A DNA stretch of 64,000 bases. Source: Mobula hypostoma (taxonomy: Eukaryota). Position numbers and translations under genes: made by a program. The stretch lies in NCBI RefSeq assembly GCF_963921235.1, contig NC_086108.1, positions 110,734,001 to 110,798,000 of the forward strand. Direction: 5' to 3'. Shown one piece after another: positions 1-11,886 of the stretch (within the stretch, counting starts at the first letter, position 1; each line of letters starts with the position of its first letter). The notes under the pieces were generated by a model. That model had not been told where the DNA came from and searched no databases. It saw nothing but the letters and a program-made list of their open reading frames with translations.

Positions 1-51
1 AGAAAGGTTTTACCGACCTGCTTGTCATCAATGAAGATCGGAAAGTACCAA
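1..51 (+). CDS. RPF1: RPF1 internal coding exon (5' part outside window)
   Basis: Frame from nt 3 reads KGFTDLLVINEDRKVP, matching the Brix-domain segment DFTDLIVINEDRK.P of vertebrate RPF1. Ends in phase 1 at a GTATCCTT donor. Confidence 0.9.
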
Positions 52-136
52 GTATCCTTCATTGTGTCTATTGGAAGCTGCATCTAGTTTCCTGCAGGTC
101 ATCAGAATCAGAAATGGGTTTAATATCACTGGCATA

Positions 137-1759
137 CGGCAGCCCCCAACACTTTGTTCTCATAATGAGTACTGTATTACAACCAGTGATTTAGATCAAT
201 TTAACTCCTTTTTATCTCAATAGCACCCCGGAAGCAGGGAAAATTGTAAAGTATGAAAAACTAAAAATTCAGAAGTATTCATCCTCCTTCACCCCACACA
301 GACTTCCAATCTGTGTCTTGTAAGGCATGAAAATGCCTGACGCAGGCCTCTCATGGTCTGAGTCGACCTTCCCTCCCTTTGCTCAGTACTTAGTCGAACC
401 ACCTCTCACAGCCATTACAAGCAGTAACCTTTTTGGATAAGTCTGTATTAGCTTTGCACAATGTGATGGAGCAGGATTTGCCCATTCCTCCTGCAAAATT
501 GCTCAAGCTGTGCCAGGTTAGTTGGGGAGCAGTGGTGGACAGCAATCTTGAGGTCTTGCTAGAGATGTTCAATCAGGTAAAGATCAGGACTGTCTAGGTC
601 ACTCAAGGACATCTGTTTCTTTCATTTGAAGTCACTCCATGGTTGCTCTGGCTGTGTGTTTTGGGTCATTGTCCTGCTGAAAGAACTTCCTCCCCAGTTT
701 TAAGATTTCTGGCAGAGGCTAGCAGGTTTTTATCCAGGATCTCTCTGTGTTTGTCAGCATTCATCTTCCCATCAATCCTGACCAGATTTCCCGTCCCTGC
801 TGCTGAAGAACATCCCTTTAGCGTGATGCTACCTCCACCATACTTTACAGTAAGGATGGTGTTACCTGGCCGACGCATAGTACAGTATTAGATCTACACC
901 ACATGTACCACTTAGAGTTGAGGCCAGTAAGTTCCACTTTAGTCTCATCTGACCACATGACCTTTTTCCATATCTTTACAGTATTTTCGAAGTGATGCTT
1001 TGCAAAGTCTTTACATTGCAAGGATATGCTCTTTTTTTTAAGCCTTCCTTGCCACTTTTCTATAAATAAACTTTTTATGCAAGGTCTTGGAGATTGTGGA
1101 GCCATGAACTTCATTTCCACTTACAGTCACTGACTTCTGCAGCTCGCTCACAGTAGCCTCTCTTACAAATGCCATTCTTCTCCAGTGACTAAGATTAGAG
1201 TGGCGGTCTGACCTAGGCAGTGTGGCTGTGGTTTCATTTTTTCCCCACATTTTCATGATGCACTGCACTGAGTTCCAACGTATGCTCAGTGCCTTTGAGG
1301 TGGTCTTGTACCTTTCCCCAGATTTGTGTTTCTCTTTTACCATTTCCCTGGCTTGTCTTGAATGCTGTTTTATCTTCTTTTTTGGTTTGGTCTGTTGAAA
1401 AACTACCATACTGTTGGACCTTACAGAGAGAGGGGGTATTTATTCTTATGAATTCATTGCAAACAGGTGATCTTCCAATTTTCTACATCAATAAATTGGG
1501 TGACTTGCCAAGGTAATATACAGTATTACGCCTGAGGAAAGTTAGTGTAGTCATCAGAAAGGAGATGAATACTTTACAGCCTCATAATTTTGGTTTTAAA
1601 GTGTTGACAGGTTTTGGAATATTCTTTTTGATTTGACATGATGCACAATGTTTTGTAGATTAGCTCAAAATATCCTACTTTGATATATTTTAAATTTAGA
1701 AAATGAGACAGTAAAATGTGAAAATAGTTGTGGCGGCTGAACACTTTTTCAAGGCACAG
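137..1759 (-). mobile_element. Tc1-family DNA transposon, decayed
   Basis: Frameshifted transposase with WSDETK and FQQDNDPKH motifs. TIR CTGTGCCTTGAAAAAGTGTTCAGCC at 1759 with TA flank at 1760-1761. The other TIR is internally deleted, with TA at 135-136. Confidence 0.9.
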
Positions 1760-2075
1760 TATGTCGTGAAATTTCTTGTTTTTCGACAGTAGTACATTGC
1801 AGTGCACAATAATAAAAAATAAATTACAATAAGAAATACTTAATAAATTAAGTCATACAAAATGGGAGTAAAATATTGATGTATTGATTGTCCATTTAGA
1901 AATCTGATGGCAGAGGGGAAAAGGCTGTTCCTGAAGTGTTGAGTGTGTATCTTTGGGCTGCTGTATCTCCTCCTTGATGGTAGCAATGACAAGAGGGCAA
2001 GTCCTGAGTGATGGGGGTCCTTAATGATGAATGCCCCCTTTTTGAGGTATAGTGTCCTCCATGCTGGGGAAGTTC

Positions 2076-2630
2076 AGACCACAACTGGAGTATTGTGAGC
2101 AGCTTTGGGCCCCTTATCTAAGGAAGGAATTGCTGGCACTGGAGAGAGTCCAGAGCACGTTCATGAGAATTATCCTGGGAATGAAAGGGTTAATGTATCA
2201 GGATTGTTTGGCTCTGGGCCTGTATTTGCTGGAGTTTAGAAGAATGAGGAGTGATCTCATTGAAACCTATCGAATATTGAAAAGCCTAGATAGAGTGGAT
2301 GTTGAGAGGATGTTTCCTATAGTCTTGAACCAGAGGGCACAGCCTCAGAATAGAGCAACATCCCTTTACAACAAAGATGAGGAGCAATTTCTTTAGCCAG
2401 AGGGTGGTGAATCTGTGGAATTCATTGCCACAGATGGCTGTGGAGGCCAAGTGATTGGGTATTTTGAAGGTAGAGGTTGATAGGTACTTAAATAGTCAGG
2501 GCATCAAAGGTTACTGAGAGAAGGCAGGAGAAGGGTTGAGAGGGATAATAAATCAGTCATGTTAGAATGGTGGAGCAGGCTCAGTGGTCTGGATGCTTCA
2601 TTCTGCTCCTGTGTCCCATGGTCTTATGAT
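2076..2630 (+). mobile_element. CR1 LINE 3' fragment
   Basis: RPQLEYC...LERVQ...LEFRRMRSDLIETY RT C-terminus plus CR1 3'UTR. Confidence 0.85.
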
Positions 2631-2731
2631 CACTGATTGCTGGCATTGTAAACTGTTGTGCTAACCACTATGCTACCTTGCTGCCCTCCCAGCTGAACAG
2701 AGCCTCTAATTTTCTTAACCAAGTATGTCAG

Positions 2732-2814
2732 ATGGATTAATTATTAGTCACCTTCCAGATGGACCTACGGCTCATTTCAAGATGTCTAATGCCCGCCTAG
2801 CCAAAGAACTTAAG
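2732..2814 (+). CDS. RPF1: RPF1 coding exon (83 nt)
   Basis: cag acceptor at 2729-2731. Reads (N)[27 protein letters not shown]. Donor GTGAGA at 2815. Phases match both neighbouring exons. Confidence 0.93.
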
Positions 2815-3175
2815 GTGAGAGATGGAATGGAGTGTGGTTGAGTGCACTGGAAAACATTGGTGGATATTGCTTTAATTGTAATGTCTGCCTGGAATATAAA
2901 TGTTAGAAATTGTTTGTAAATAACATCTTGCGTGCATTTGTTTTAGGTGTCATCTTCTCAACCAGTATCGCTCCAACAGGACTGACTTCGGGAGCATTGT
3001 TCTGGATCTTGGTCTAGAGCCTATTGATGTTCTCTCACAGTAGCGATCATGTTCCACAATCCCAGTGATATTGTTGGGGCTTCGCTAACTGATTGCCTAT
3101 GTTAAACCATAAGATAGAGGAGCAGAATTAAGCCATTTGTCCCACCGAGTCTGCTTCGCTGCTGGATCGTTAGTG

Positions 3176-3605
3176 AAAAGACATTTTAGCATTGGAGAGA
3201 GTCCAGAGGAAGTTTGTGAGAATGATCCCAGGAGTTAACAAAGGTAGCTCTGGGCCTGTACTCGCTAGGGTTTAGAAGAATGAGTGGGGATCTCATTGAA
3301 ATCTATCAAATATTGAAAGGGCTCAAAAGTGTAGATGCGGGGAGTGTATTTACTATAGTGGGGGAATCTAGGACCAGAAGGCACAAGCTCAGAATAGAGG
3401 GATGTCCATTTAGAACAGAGATGAGGAGGGATTTTTTAACCAGAGCTTGGTGAATCTGTGGAATTCATTGCCACAGATGGCTGTGGAGGCCAAGTCATTG
3501 CGTATACTTAAAGCAAAGCTTGATTGGTTCTTGTTAGTAAGGACATCAAAGGTTACTAAGAGAAGGCAGGATAATGGGGTTGAGAGGGAAAATAAATCGG
3601 CCATG
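3176..3605 (+). mobile_element. CR1 LINE 3' fragment
   Basis: VNLWNSLPQ motif and CR1-type 3'UTR. Confidence 0.8.
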
Positions 3606-3780
3606 ATCAAATGGTGGAGCAGACTCGATGGGCCGATTGGCCTAATTCTGCAACTGTGCCTAGTGTCTTTTTTTCCCAAGCCCCAATCTCCATGTAGCCC
3701 TTAACCCTTTACTAAGCAAGTGACAATTGATCTCTACCTTAAATATATTAAATAACTGGGCCTCCACAGTCCTCTGGCAA

Positions 3781-6700
3781 TGATCTGCAGCTGCAGCTTG
3801 ATGACCTAGTGCTTATCAGGGAGAGTGAAGAGGTGATAGACAGGAGCTACAGGGAGGTAGTCACCCCTAGGCTACAGGAGTCAGAACACTGGGTCACTGT
3901 CAAGAGAGGGAAGGGAAATGCTCGGATAGTGGAGAGCACCCCTGTGGCTGTCCCCCTCAGCAAAAAATATCTTGTTCTGGATGCTGTTGAGGGGGATGAC
4001 CTGACAGGGGATGCCCACAGTGACCGAGTCTCTGGCACTGAGCCTGGCGCTGTTGTGCAGGAGAGAAGGAGGGTGAAGTGAAATGCGGTAGTCGTGGGGG
4101 ATTCCATAGTCAGGGGAACAGACAGGAGATTCTGTGAGCCTGACAGAGATACCTGCATGGTGTGTTGCCTCCCAGGTGCCAGGGTACGGGATGTCTCGGA
4201 TCGGGTCCTGAATATTCTAAAGGGGGAGGGTGAGCAGCCAGTTGTCTTGGTACATGTTGGTACCAATGACATAGATAGGACAAAGGAGGAGGTCCTGAAG
4301 AGAGATTTCCAGGAGTTAGGAAGGAAGCTGAGAAGCAGGACCTCCGGGGTAGTAATCTCGGGATTGCTACCTGTGCCCCGTGCTAGCGAGGGCAAGAGTA
4401 GTCGGATCAGGCAGATAAATGCGTGGCTGAGAGACTGGTGTAGGGTCAGGGCTTCAGATTCTTGGATAATTGGGATCTCTTTTGAGGGAAGTATGACCTG
4501 TTCAAAAAGGACAGGTTACACCTGAACCCGAAGGGGACCAATATCCTGGCGGGAAAGTTTAATAGAGCTGTTAGGGAGGGTTTAAACTAATTTGGCAGGG
4601 GGATGGGAACCGGAATGATAGAGTGGAGGAAGGGGAAAACAGAAATAAATCTAAGATAGTGAGCAGTAAAGATGTCAGGAAAGACAGGCAGGTGATGGGG
4701 CAAATGTGTAGCCATTGGGATGAGTTGCAGTGCAATAAAGCTGCAGTGAAATCAAAGCAAAAAGTAACAAATACTGGTCTTAAGGTGTTGTACTTAAATG
4801 CACGCAGCATAAGAAATAAGGTGGATGATCTTGTTGTACAGCTACAGATTGGCAGGTATGATATTGTGGCCATCACTGAGACCTGGCTAAAGGATGCATG
4901 TCTCTGGGAGCTGAACGTCCAAGGATACACGGTGTATCGGAAGGATAGGAAGGTAGGCAGAGGGGGAGGCGTGGCTTTATTGGTAAGAAATGATATTAAA
5001 TCATTAGAAAGAGGTGATATAGGATCGGAAGGTGCAGAATCTTTATGGGTTGAGCTGAGGAATAGCAGGGGTAAAAGGACCCTGATGGCAGTTATTTATA
5101 GGCCTCCAAACAGCTGCAGGGATGTGGACTACAAATTACAACTGGAAATAGAAAAGGCTTGTCAGAAGGGCAGTGTTATGATAATTGTGGGGGATTTTAA
5201 CATGTGAGTAGATTGGAAAAATCAGGTTGGCACTGGATCTCAAGAGAGAGAATTTGTAGAATGTCTGCGAGATGGCTTTTTAGAACAGCTTGTTGTTGAG
5301 CCCACTAGGGGATCGGTTGTACTGGATTGGGTATTGTGTAATGAACCGGAGGTGATTGGAGAGATTGAGGTGAAAGAACCCTTAGGAGGCAGTGATCATA
5401 ACATGATTGAGTTCACTGTGAAATTAGAAAAAGAGAAGCCGAAATCTGATGTGTCGGTGTTTCAGTGGAGTAAAGGAAACTACAGTGGCATGAGAGAGGA
5501 ACTGGCCAAAGTTGACTGGAAAGAGACACTGGCGGGAAAGACAGCAGAGCAGCAGTGGCTAGAGTTTATGCGAGAAATGAGGAATGTGCAAGACAGGTAT
5601 ATTCCAAAAAAGAAGAAATTTTCGAGTGGAAAAAGGATGCAACCGTGGTTGACAAGAGAAGTCAAAGCCAAAGTTAAAGCTAAGGAGAGGGCATACAAGG
5701 AAGCAAAAATTAGTGGGAAGACAGAGGATTGGGAAGTCTTTAAAACCTTACAAAAGGAAACCAAGAAGGTCATTAAGAGAGAAAAGATTAACTATGAAAG
5801 GAAACTAGCAAATAATATCAAAGAGGATACTAAAAGCTTTTTCAAGTATATAAAGAGTAAAAGACAGGTGAGAGTAGATATAGGACCGATAGAAAATGAT
5901 ACTGGAGAAATTGTAATGGGAGATGAGGAGATGGCAGAGGAACTGAACAAGTATTTTGCATCAGTTTTCACTGAGGAAGACAGCAGGATACCGGACACTC
6001 AAGGGTGGCAGGGAAGACAAGTTTGCGCAGTCACAATTACGACAGAGAAAGTACTCAGGAAGCTGAATAGGCTAAAGGTTGATAAATCTCCTGGACCAGA
6101 TGGAATGCACCCTCGTGTTCTGAAGGAAATAGCTGTGGAGATTGCGGAGGCATTAGCGATGATCTTTCAAAAGTCGATAGATTCTGGCATGGTTCCGGAA
6201 GATTGGAAGATTGCAAATGTCTGTCTGTATCTTGTTTTACGGCGGTTGGCATCCAGCTTAATGGTGCATTACCGCCACCCTCTGCTCCAGAATGTGCACT
6301 AGACATACATTCTAAATCCCAGGAAAGGATTGCAAATGTCACTCCGCTATTTAAGAAGGGGGCAAGGAAGCAAAAAGGAAATTATAGACCTGTTAGCTTG
6401 ACGTTGGTGGTTGGGAAGTTGTTGGAGTCGATTGTCAAGGATGAGGTTACAGAGTACCTGGAGGCATATGACAAGATAGGCAAAACCTAAAGGAAAAACC
6501 TGCCTGACAAACCTATTACAATTTTTTGAGGAAATTACCAGTAGGCTAGACAAGGGAGATGCAGTGGATGTTATATATTTGGATTTTGAGAAGGCCTTTG
6601 ACAAGGTGCCACACATGAGGCTGCTTAACAAGATAAGAGCCCATGGAATTACAGGAAAGTTACATACGTGGATAGAGCATTGGCTGATTGGCAGGAAATA

Positions 6701-7772
6701 GAGAGTGGGAATAAAGGGATCCTATTCTGGTTGGCTGCCGGTTACCAGTGGTGTTCCGCAGGGATCAGTGTTGGGGCTGCTTCTTTTTACATTGTACATC
6801 AACGATTTGGATTATGGAATAGATGGCTTTGTGTCTAAGTTTGCTGACGATACGAAGATAGGTGGAGGGGCCGGTAGTACTGAGGAAACGGAGAGTCTGC
6901 AGAGAGACTTGGATAGATTGGAAGAATGGGCAGAGAAGTGGCAAATGAAGTACAATGTTGGAAAGTGTGTGGTTATGCACTTTGGCAGAAAAAATAAACG
7001 GGCAGACTATTATTTAAATGGGGAAAGAATTCAAAGTTCTGAGATGCAACGGGACTTGGGAGTCCTCGTACAGGATTCCCTTAAAGTTAACCTCCAGGTT
7101 GAGTCGGTAGTGAAGAAGGCGAATGCAATGTTGGCATTCATTTCTAGGGGAATAGAGTATAGGAGCAGGGATGTGATGTTGAGGCTCTATAAGGCGCTGG
7201 TGAGACCTCACTTGGAGTACTGTGGGCAGTTTTGGTCTCCTTATTTAAGAAAGGATGTGCTGACGTTGGAGAGGGTACAGAGAAGATTCACTAGAATGAT
7301 TCCGGGAATGAGAGGATTAACATATGAGGAACGTTTGTCCGCTCTTGGACTGTATTCCTTGGAGTTTAGAAGGATGAGGGGAGACCTCATAGAAAGATTT
7401 CGAATGTTAAAAGGCATGGACAGAGTGGATGTGGCAACGTTGTTTCCCATGATGGGGGAGTCTAGTACGAGAGGGCATGACTTCAGGATTGAAGGGCGCC
7501 CTTTCAGAACAGAAATGTGAAAAAATTTTTTTAGTCAGAGGGTGGTGAATCTATGGAATTTGTTGCCACGGGCAGCAGTGGAGGCCAAGTCATTGGATGT
7601 ATTTAAGGCAGAGATTGATAGGTATCTGAGTAGCCAGGGCATCAAAGGTTATGGTGAGAAGGCGGGGCAGTGGGACTAAATAGAATAAAATGGACCAGCT
7701 CATGATAAAATGGCGGAGCAGACTCGATGGGCCGAATGGCCTACTTCTGCTCCTTTGTCTTGTGGTCTTATG
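3781..7772 (+). mobile_element. Near full-length CR1 LINE (ORF1 SGNH esterase; ORF2 APE endonuclease + RT), inactivated
   Basis: ORF1 GDSIVRG / PGARVRDV / HVGTNDI. ORF2 [30 protein letters not shown] and FADD motifs. Several stops and frameshifts, and a 106-bp insertion. Confidence 0.95.
6222..6327 (-). mobile_element. 106-bp retroposed 3' end (possibly Nimb/I-group LINE) with 13-bp TSD
   Basis: Flanked by GATTGCAAATGTC at 6209-6221 and 6328-6340. Minus strand carries the stem-loop GGCGGTAATGCACCATTAAGCTGGATGCCAACCGCC and a short repeat-like tail. Confidence 0.65.
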
Positions 7773-8641
7773 GAATGTCACAAATTCACCACACTCTAGC
7801 TGAGGAAGTCTTAGTTATAAAGGAGCATCTCTTTATTTTTAGGCTGTGTCTTCAGATCCTGAAGTCTCCTATTAATGATAACATCCTCTCCATTTCCACT
7901 CTCTCCAGTAAGGAGATGTAGAGAGTAGTAGGCTCAACCCTATACATCATGGGCACATCCCTCCTCACCAATGCTAGTATCTACAGGAGGCGCTACCTCA
8001 AGAAGGCAGTATTCATCATCAAAGATCCCCACTGTCCAGGCCATGCCATCTTCACACATGAGGATGCAGAAAAGGAATCTTCCTCAGCTGAGAGACTACA
8101 TTTCCAAGTATAGATTAGAGTGGTGGGGTCTGTTTGCCTTTGAAAAGAGAAAGCTGAGTGGAGGTCAACTGGAATTGTACAAAATGGCAACATCCCTCAT
8201 CAAAGATCCCCACCTTCCAGCCCAGGCCATCTTACAGCTCCCATCGGGCAAGAGGTACTGAAGTCTGAAGCCCACATTTGCAAGTTCAAGAACAGTTACT
8301 TCCTTTCAACTGTTTGGTTCTTGAACCATCTGGCAAAACCCTAATCACTGCAGTTTAGTAACACTATGACTACGTTATACTAAAATTCACTTTGTGGTTT
8401 TTCATTCTAGTTGTGTTCTTTCTTGTGAAATTTCTGTTCTGTGTATAGTTTATGTTTTTTGTGACTGCTGTTTATCTGATGCAATGTGCCTGTGATGTTG
8501 CTACAAGTAAGCTTTTCCTGACACCTGTGCAGACATGTGGACTTGTACAGATGGTAGGAAACCCAACTTTGACTTTAATTATGCCATCAACAATTCATGA
8601 TTCTGAACCCACCAGTAATTTCATGAATGAAGTCCTGACCT

Positions 8642-8930
8642 GGGCGCCATGGTGGCGTAGTGGTTAGCACGATACTTTTGTCTCAGGGCTTCCAGAGCTC
8701 AGAGTTCAATTCTGGCACCGTCTGTAAGGAGTTTGTATGTTCTCCCCATTGAACTGCCTGGATTTCCTCCGGGTGCTCTGTTTTCCGCCCACAGTCCAAA
8801 GACATACAGGTTAGTAGGTTAATTGGTCATTGTAAGTTGTCCCATAGTTGGGCTAGGTAAATCAGTGGGTTACCGGGCAGCACAGCATTGGGTCAGAAGG
8901 GTTTATTCCACACTATATCTCTAAATAAAA
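8642..8930 (+). mobile_element. tRNA-derived V-SINE (HE1-like)
   Basis: A-box-like TGGCGTAGTGG, B-box-like GAGTTCAATTC, and V-domain ...GGATTTCCTCCGGGTGCTC...CCCACAGTCCAAAGAC. Related copies near 15975-16115(-), 19725-19945(+), 25645-25910(+) and 46410-46690(-). Confidence 0.75.
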
Positions 8931-9239
8931 ATACAAATGAAGGGGATCAACCTGCAAATTTCCCTCCATAGATGCTGCATGACCTGCTGTGTTCCTCCAG
9001 GATTTTGTGTGCTGCCCTGGATTTCCAGCATCTGGAGAATCTCATGTGTTCATGAACTGTTGTTGGGTCAAAATCAATTGATGGCAGGAAGCTCACCTGA
9101 GCCAGTGACTGGAGTAGTTTGAGAGTTTCTAAAGTATATTTTCCCCCTCATTAGTAAGAAGTTGTGGTGAATGAGATATGGCTACAGGTGTTGCAAAGTT
9201 TAAAATAAAATTAAATAGCTTTTATGGTCTTTGTGTTAG

Positions 9240-9421
9240 AGACGAGGAAAGGAACCAACAGGACATTACCCTGAGGTGATCCTCAATAATTTTTCCACCC
9301 GACTGGGACACAGCATTGGGAGAATGTTCGCCTCTCTGTTCCCATACAATCCACAGTTCCTGGGGCGGCAGGTGGTGACTTTTCATAACCAACGCGACTA
9401 CATCTTCTTCAGATTCCACAG
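9240..9421 (+). CDS. RPF1: RPF1 coding exon (182 nt)
   Basis: tag acceptor at 9237-9239. Reads [60 protein letters not shown](R). Donor GTACAC at 9422, phase 2. Confidence 0.95.
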
Positions 9422-9544
9422 GTACACGTTAATACCTTTTTTTTCTTGTGTTATGTTGGCAAACAGGACGAACATCTGAATCTATCTGTGCATACCTTTA
9501 TATTTGTATCAGGAAGGACCCGATTTGTTTTTTTTATTCTAGTA

Positions 9545-10887
9545 CAGGTTGAGTGCCACTTATCCAAAATGTGTGGGGCTGGAAGTGTTTTGGATTTTTG
9601 AATATTTGCATCGGTATAATGAATACTTTAAGGTTGGGACGCAAGTCTAAACATGAAATACATTTATATTGCATATACAGTTTATCCTTCTGGCTATCCA
9701 TCCCATCGGATGATGATGGTTCCTTTCAGTCAGTTAGTGGGGTGGTACCCCACTCCTCAGAAAGGAACAGTGTGTGTGTGAGTGGATTTTAGGTGAGTAG
9801 GGGGTTGCACAGGTCCAGACCCACCCTCTCGACATCCCCTCCAGGATCCAGCGGCATGGTGGGGTCCAAGACGGCTGGGGGGAGTTCTGTTGCAGTGAGT
9901 GGCCAGACCAAGCTACGATGCAGGGGATGCCCTTTTCATGCTTCGTGGCACGTGTTTGCTAGATGGCCGCTGACCCTACGAGAGGGTTCGTTCGCCCTTT
10001 GACAGGTCTTGTTTTTCGTCCTGCAGGGTGTCTAGCCACCCTCCTCACCAGGCAAGCCTGGTGGGGTGCCAGTTTAGTCGCCGACCACGTGACAGGTAGT
10101 ACTGGTTACGTGGTACCAATAGCACTCAGACGAGTGACCTGCTTATACATACATTTAGAAGGTAGTTTATATAATATTTTTAATAATCTTGTGCAGGAAA
10201 CAAACAATAATGGGTACATTGAACCATCTGAAAGGTTAGCTATCATGACCTCAGCTGTCCAGCTGGACGGTCAGTAGCTGTTTGGGATTGTCATCATTCT
10301 CGACTGAATTTATGTGCTTCTGGTTGTTGTCTTATACTTGTTCATACTTGTTATACATCACACCTGTGTACTGATGCAGCAGTCCAGTGTTTTAGATTTT
10401 AATCGACGATCTTGGCAAAATCATCAATGAATTCTTCTGCTGCTTCATGATCAGCAGACACTTTATCAAAACAAATCTTTAAAAATTTAATGCCGTAACT
10501 TTTCTTAAATTTCTGCAACCAGCCTGCTGAATATTCACAATTACCTTCAGTTTTCAGTTTGCTATCTTTGCTTGTTTCATGATCTGCAAACTGTTAAATG
10601 GTGTATGTTCATTCCAATGCTGACGAATCCACTCTTTCAATACACAATCGAGATCTTCATTTTTTGCTTCATGCAGTGTTTTTCTGTTCTGCATTGACCT
10701 CTGTTCATTACATGTGTGAGGTTACTTCTCAGAACTGTCTCTGATATGCAGAGACCTGCGAGTCACCTGGGATCCTTCCCAGGAGCTTGTAGAATTTTCT
10801 GTTTGTGACATCATGTCAGCGCTCAAAAAAATTCAGATTTCAGAAGCTTTTAGATTTTGGAATTTTGGATAAAGGGTGCTCAGCCTA
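9545..10887 (-). mobile_element. Tigger/pogo-like DNA transposon remnant with an internal insertion (~9680-10141)
   Basis: TIRs CAGGTTGAGTGCCACTTATCCAAAAT and ATTTTGGATAAAGGGTGCTCAGCCTA, with TA flanks. Minus strand near 10470-10545 reads GNCEYSAGWLQKFKKSYGIKFLKIC (CENP-B-type HTH). Confidence 0.8.
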
Positions 10888-11029
10888 TAGTGTATAGATG
10901 CCATTAGGTTTCTGAATGGTCCATGAATACATGGGGACTACCTTGTTATTCCTCTCTTACTCTTATTTATTTTTTGTAACTTATAGTAATTTTATGTCTT
11001 GCATTGTACTACTGTCGCAAAACAAATTT

Positions 11030-11410
11030 CACATCTTCCTTTGTTGCTCCTCCTGGTTCCCTTTCTTCCATGCTCCATCCTCCTCTCTTATCAGATTCCT
11101 TCTTCAGCCCTTTACTTGTTCCACCTATCCCCTCTCCGATTCATAATTCATCTCCTCCTCCCCTACCCACCTACTTTCCCCCTCACCTGGTCTTCCCTAT
11201 CAACTGCCAACTTGTACTCTTACCCCCCCCCCCCCCATCATCTTATTCTGGCTTCTTCCCCTTACTTTCCAGTCCTAATGAAGGGTCTCAGCCCGAAATG
11301 TCAACTGTTTATTCCCCTCCATAGATGCTGTTTGACTTGCTGAGTTCCTCTAGCGTCTTGTATGTGTTGCTTACGATTTTCAGCATCTGCAGAATCTCTG
11401 GTGTTTATGA
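11030..11410 (+). mobile_element. Penelope-derived terminal fragment with degenerate hammerhead motif
   Basis: Pyrimidine-rich tract, then CAGTC-CTAATGA-AGGGTCTCAGCCC-GAAA-TGTC-AACTG (11270-11307) and the same downstream tail as the element at 47-49 kb. Confidence 0.7.
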
Positions 11411-11663
11411 TAATAAACCTAATTCTGATTCTGGTTCGGATTTGGGGCTGGGTATCATTTAATTCTCATTGGATCTTTGACAGTCTTTTTATGGGTTCTT
11501 CTAGGTTTCTTTGTTTTGTGGCTGCCTGTTATGAGTCTAATCTCGAGGTTGTATAATGTATACTTGCTTTTTTGTACTTGAACTTTGAATTATTCCTATA
11601 TGACTCTTTGATTAGTAATCTTGATACTTGTCAAGTTAATTGGAAGGTGCTTTTTCCTTCAAG

Positions 11664-11790
11664 GTATATATTTCGGAATGAGAAAAAGGTTGGTCTTCAG
11701 GAACTTGGGCCACGTTTCACCCTGAAACTTCGCTCTTTGCAGAAAGGGACATTTGATTCAAAGTATGGAGAGTACGAATGGGTTCACAAG
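11664..11790 (+). CDS. RPF1: RPF1 coding exon (127 nt) containing the [10 protein letters not shown] motif
   Basis: Pyrimidine tract plus aag acceptor ending at 11663. Reads (R)[42 protein letters not shown]. Donor GTCAGT at 11791. Confidence 0.95.
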
Positions 11791-11886
11791 GTCAGTCGTG
11801 AAGACATTTTGGTTGTCTTACCCTGCAATTATTAGACTTTTCCTCATTTGAAAGAATTTAATAAAAGTTTGTTGGGTTTTATAGCT

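Larger units (their letters stand above)
52..2731 (+). other. U12-type (minor spliceosome) GT-AG intron of RPF1
   Basis: Donor GTATCCTTC at 52-60. Branch-point-like TTTCTTAAC at 2711-2719, about 13 nt before the CAG. No polypyrimidine tract. Confidence 0.88.

Noticed and set aside
8642..8720. tRNA gene
   Set aside because: A/B boxes are present but there is no cloverleaf; it is the head of a SINE.
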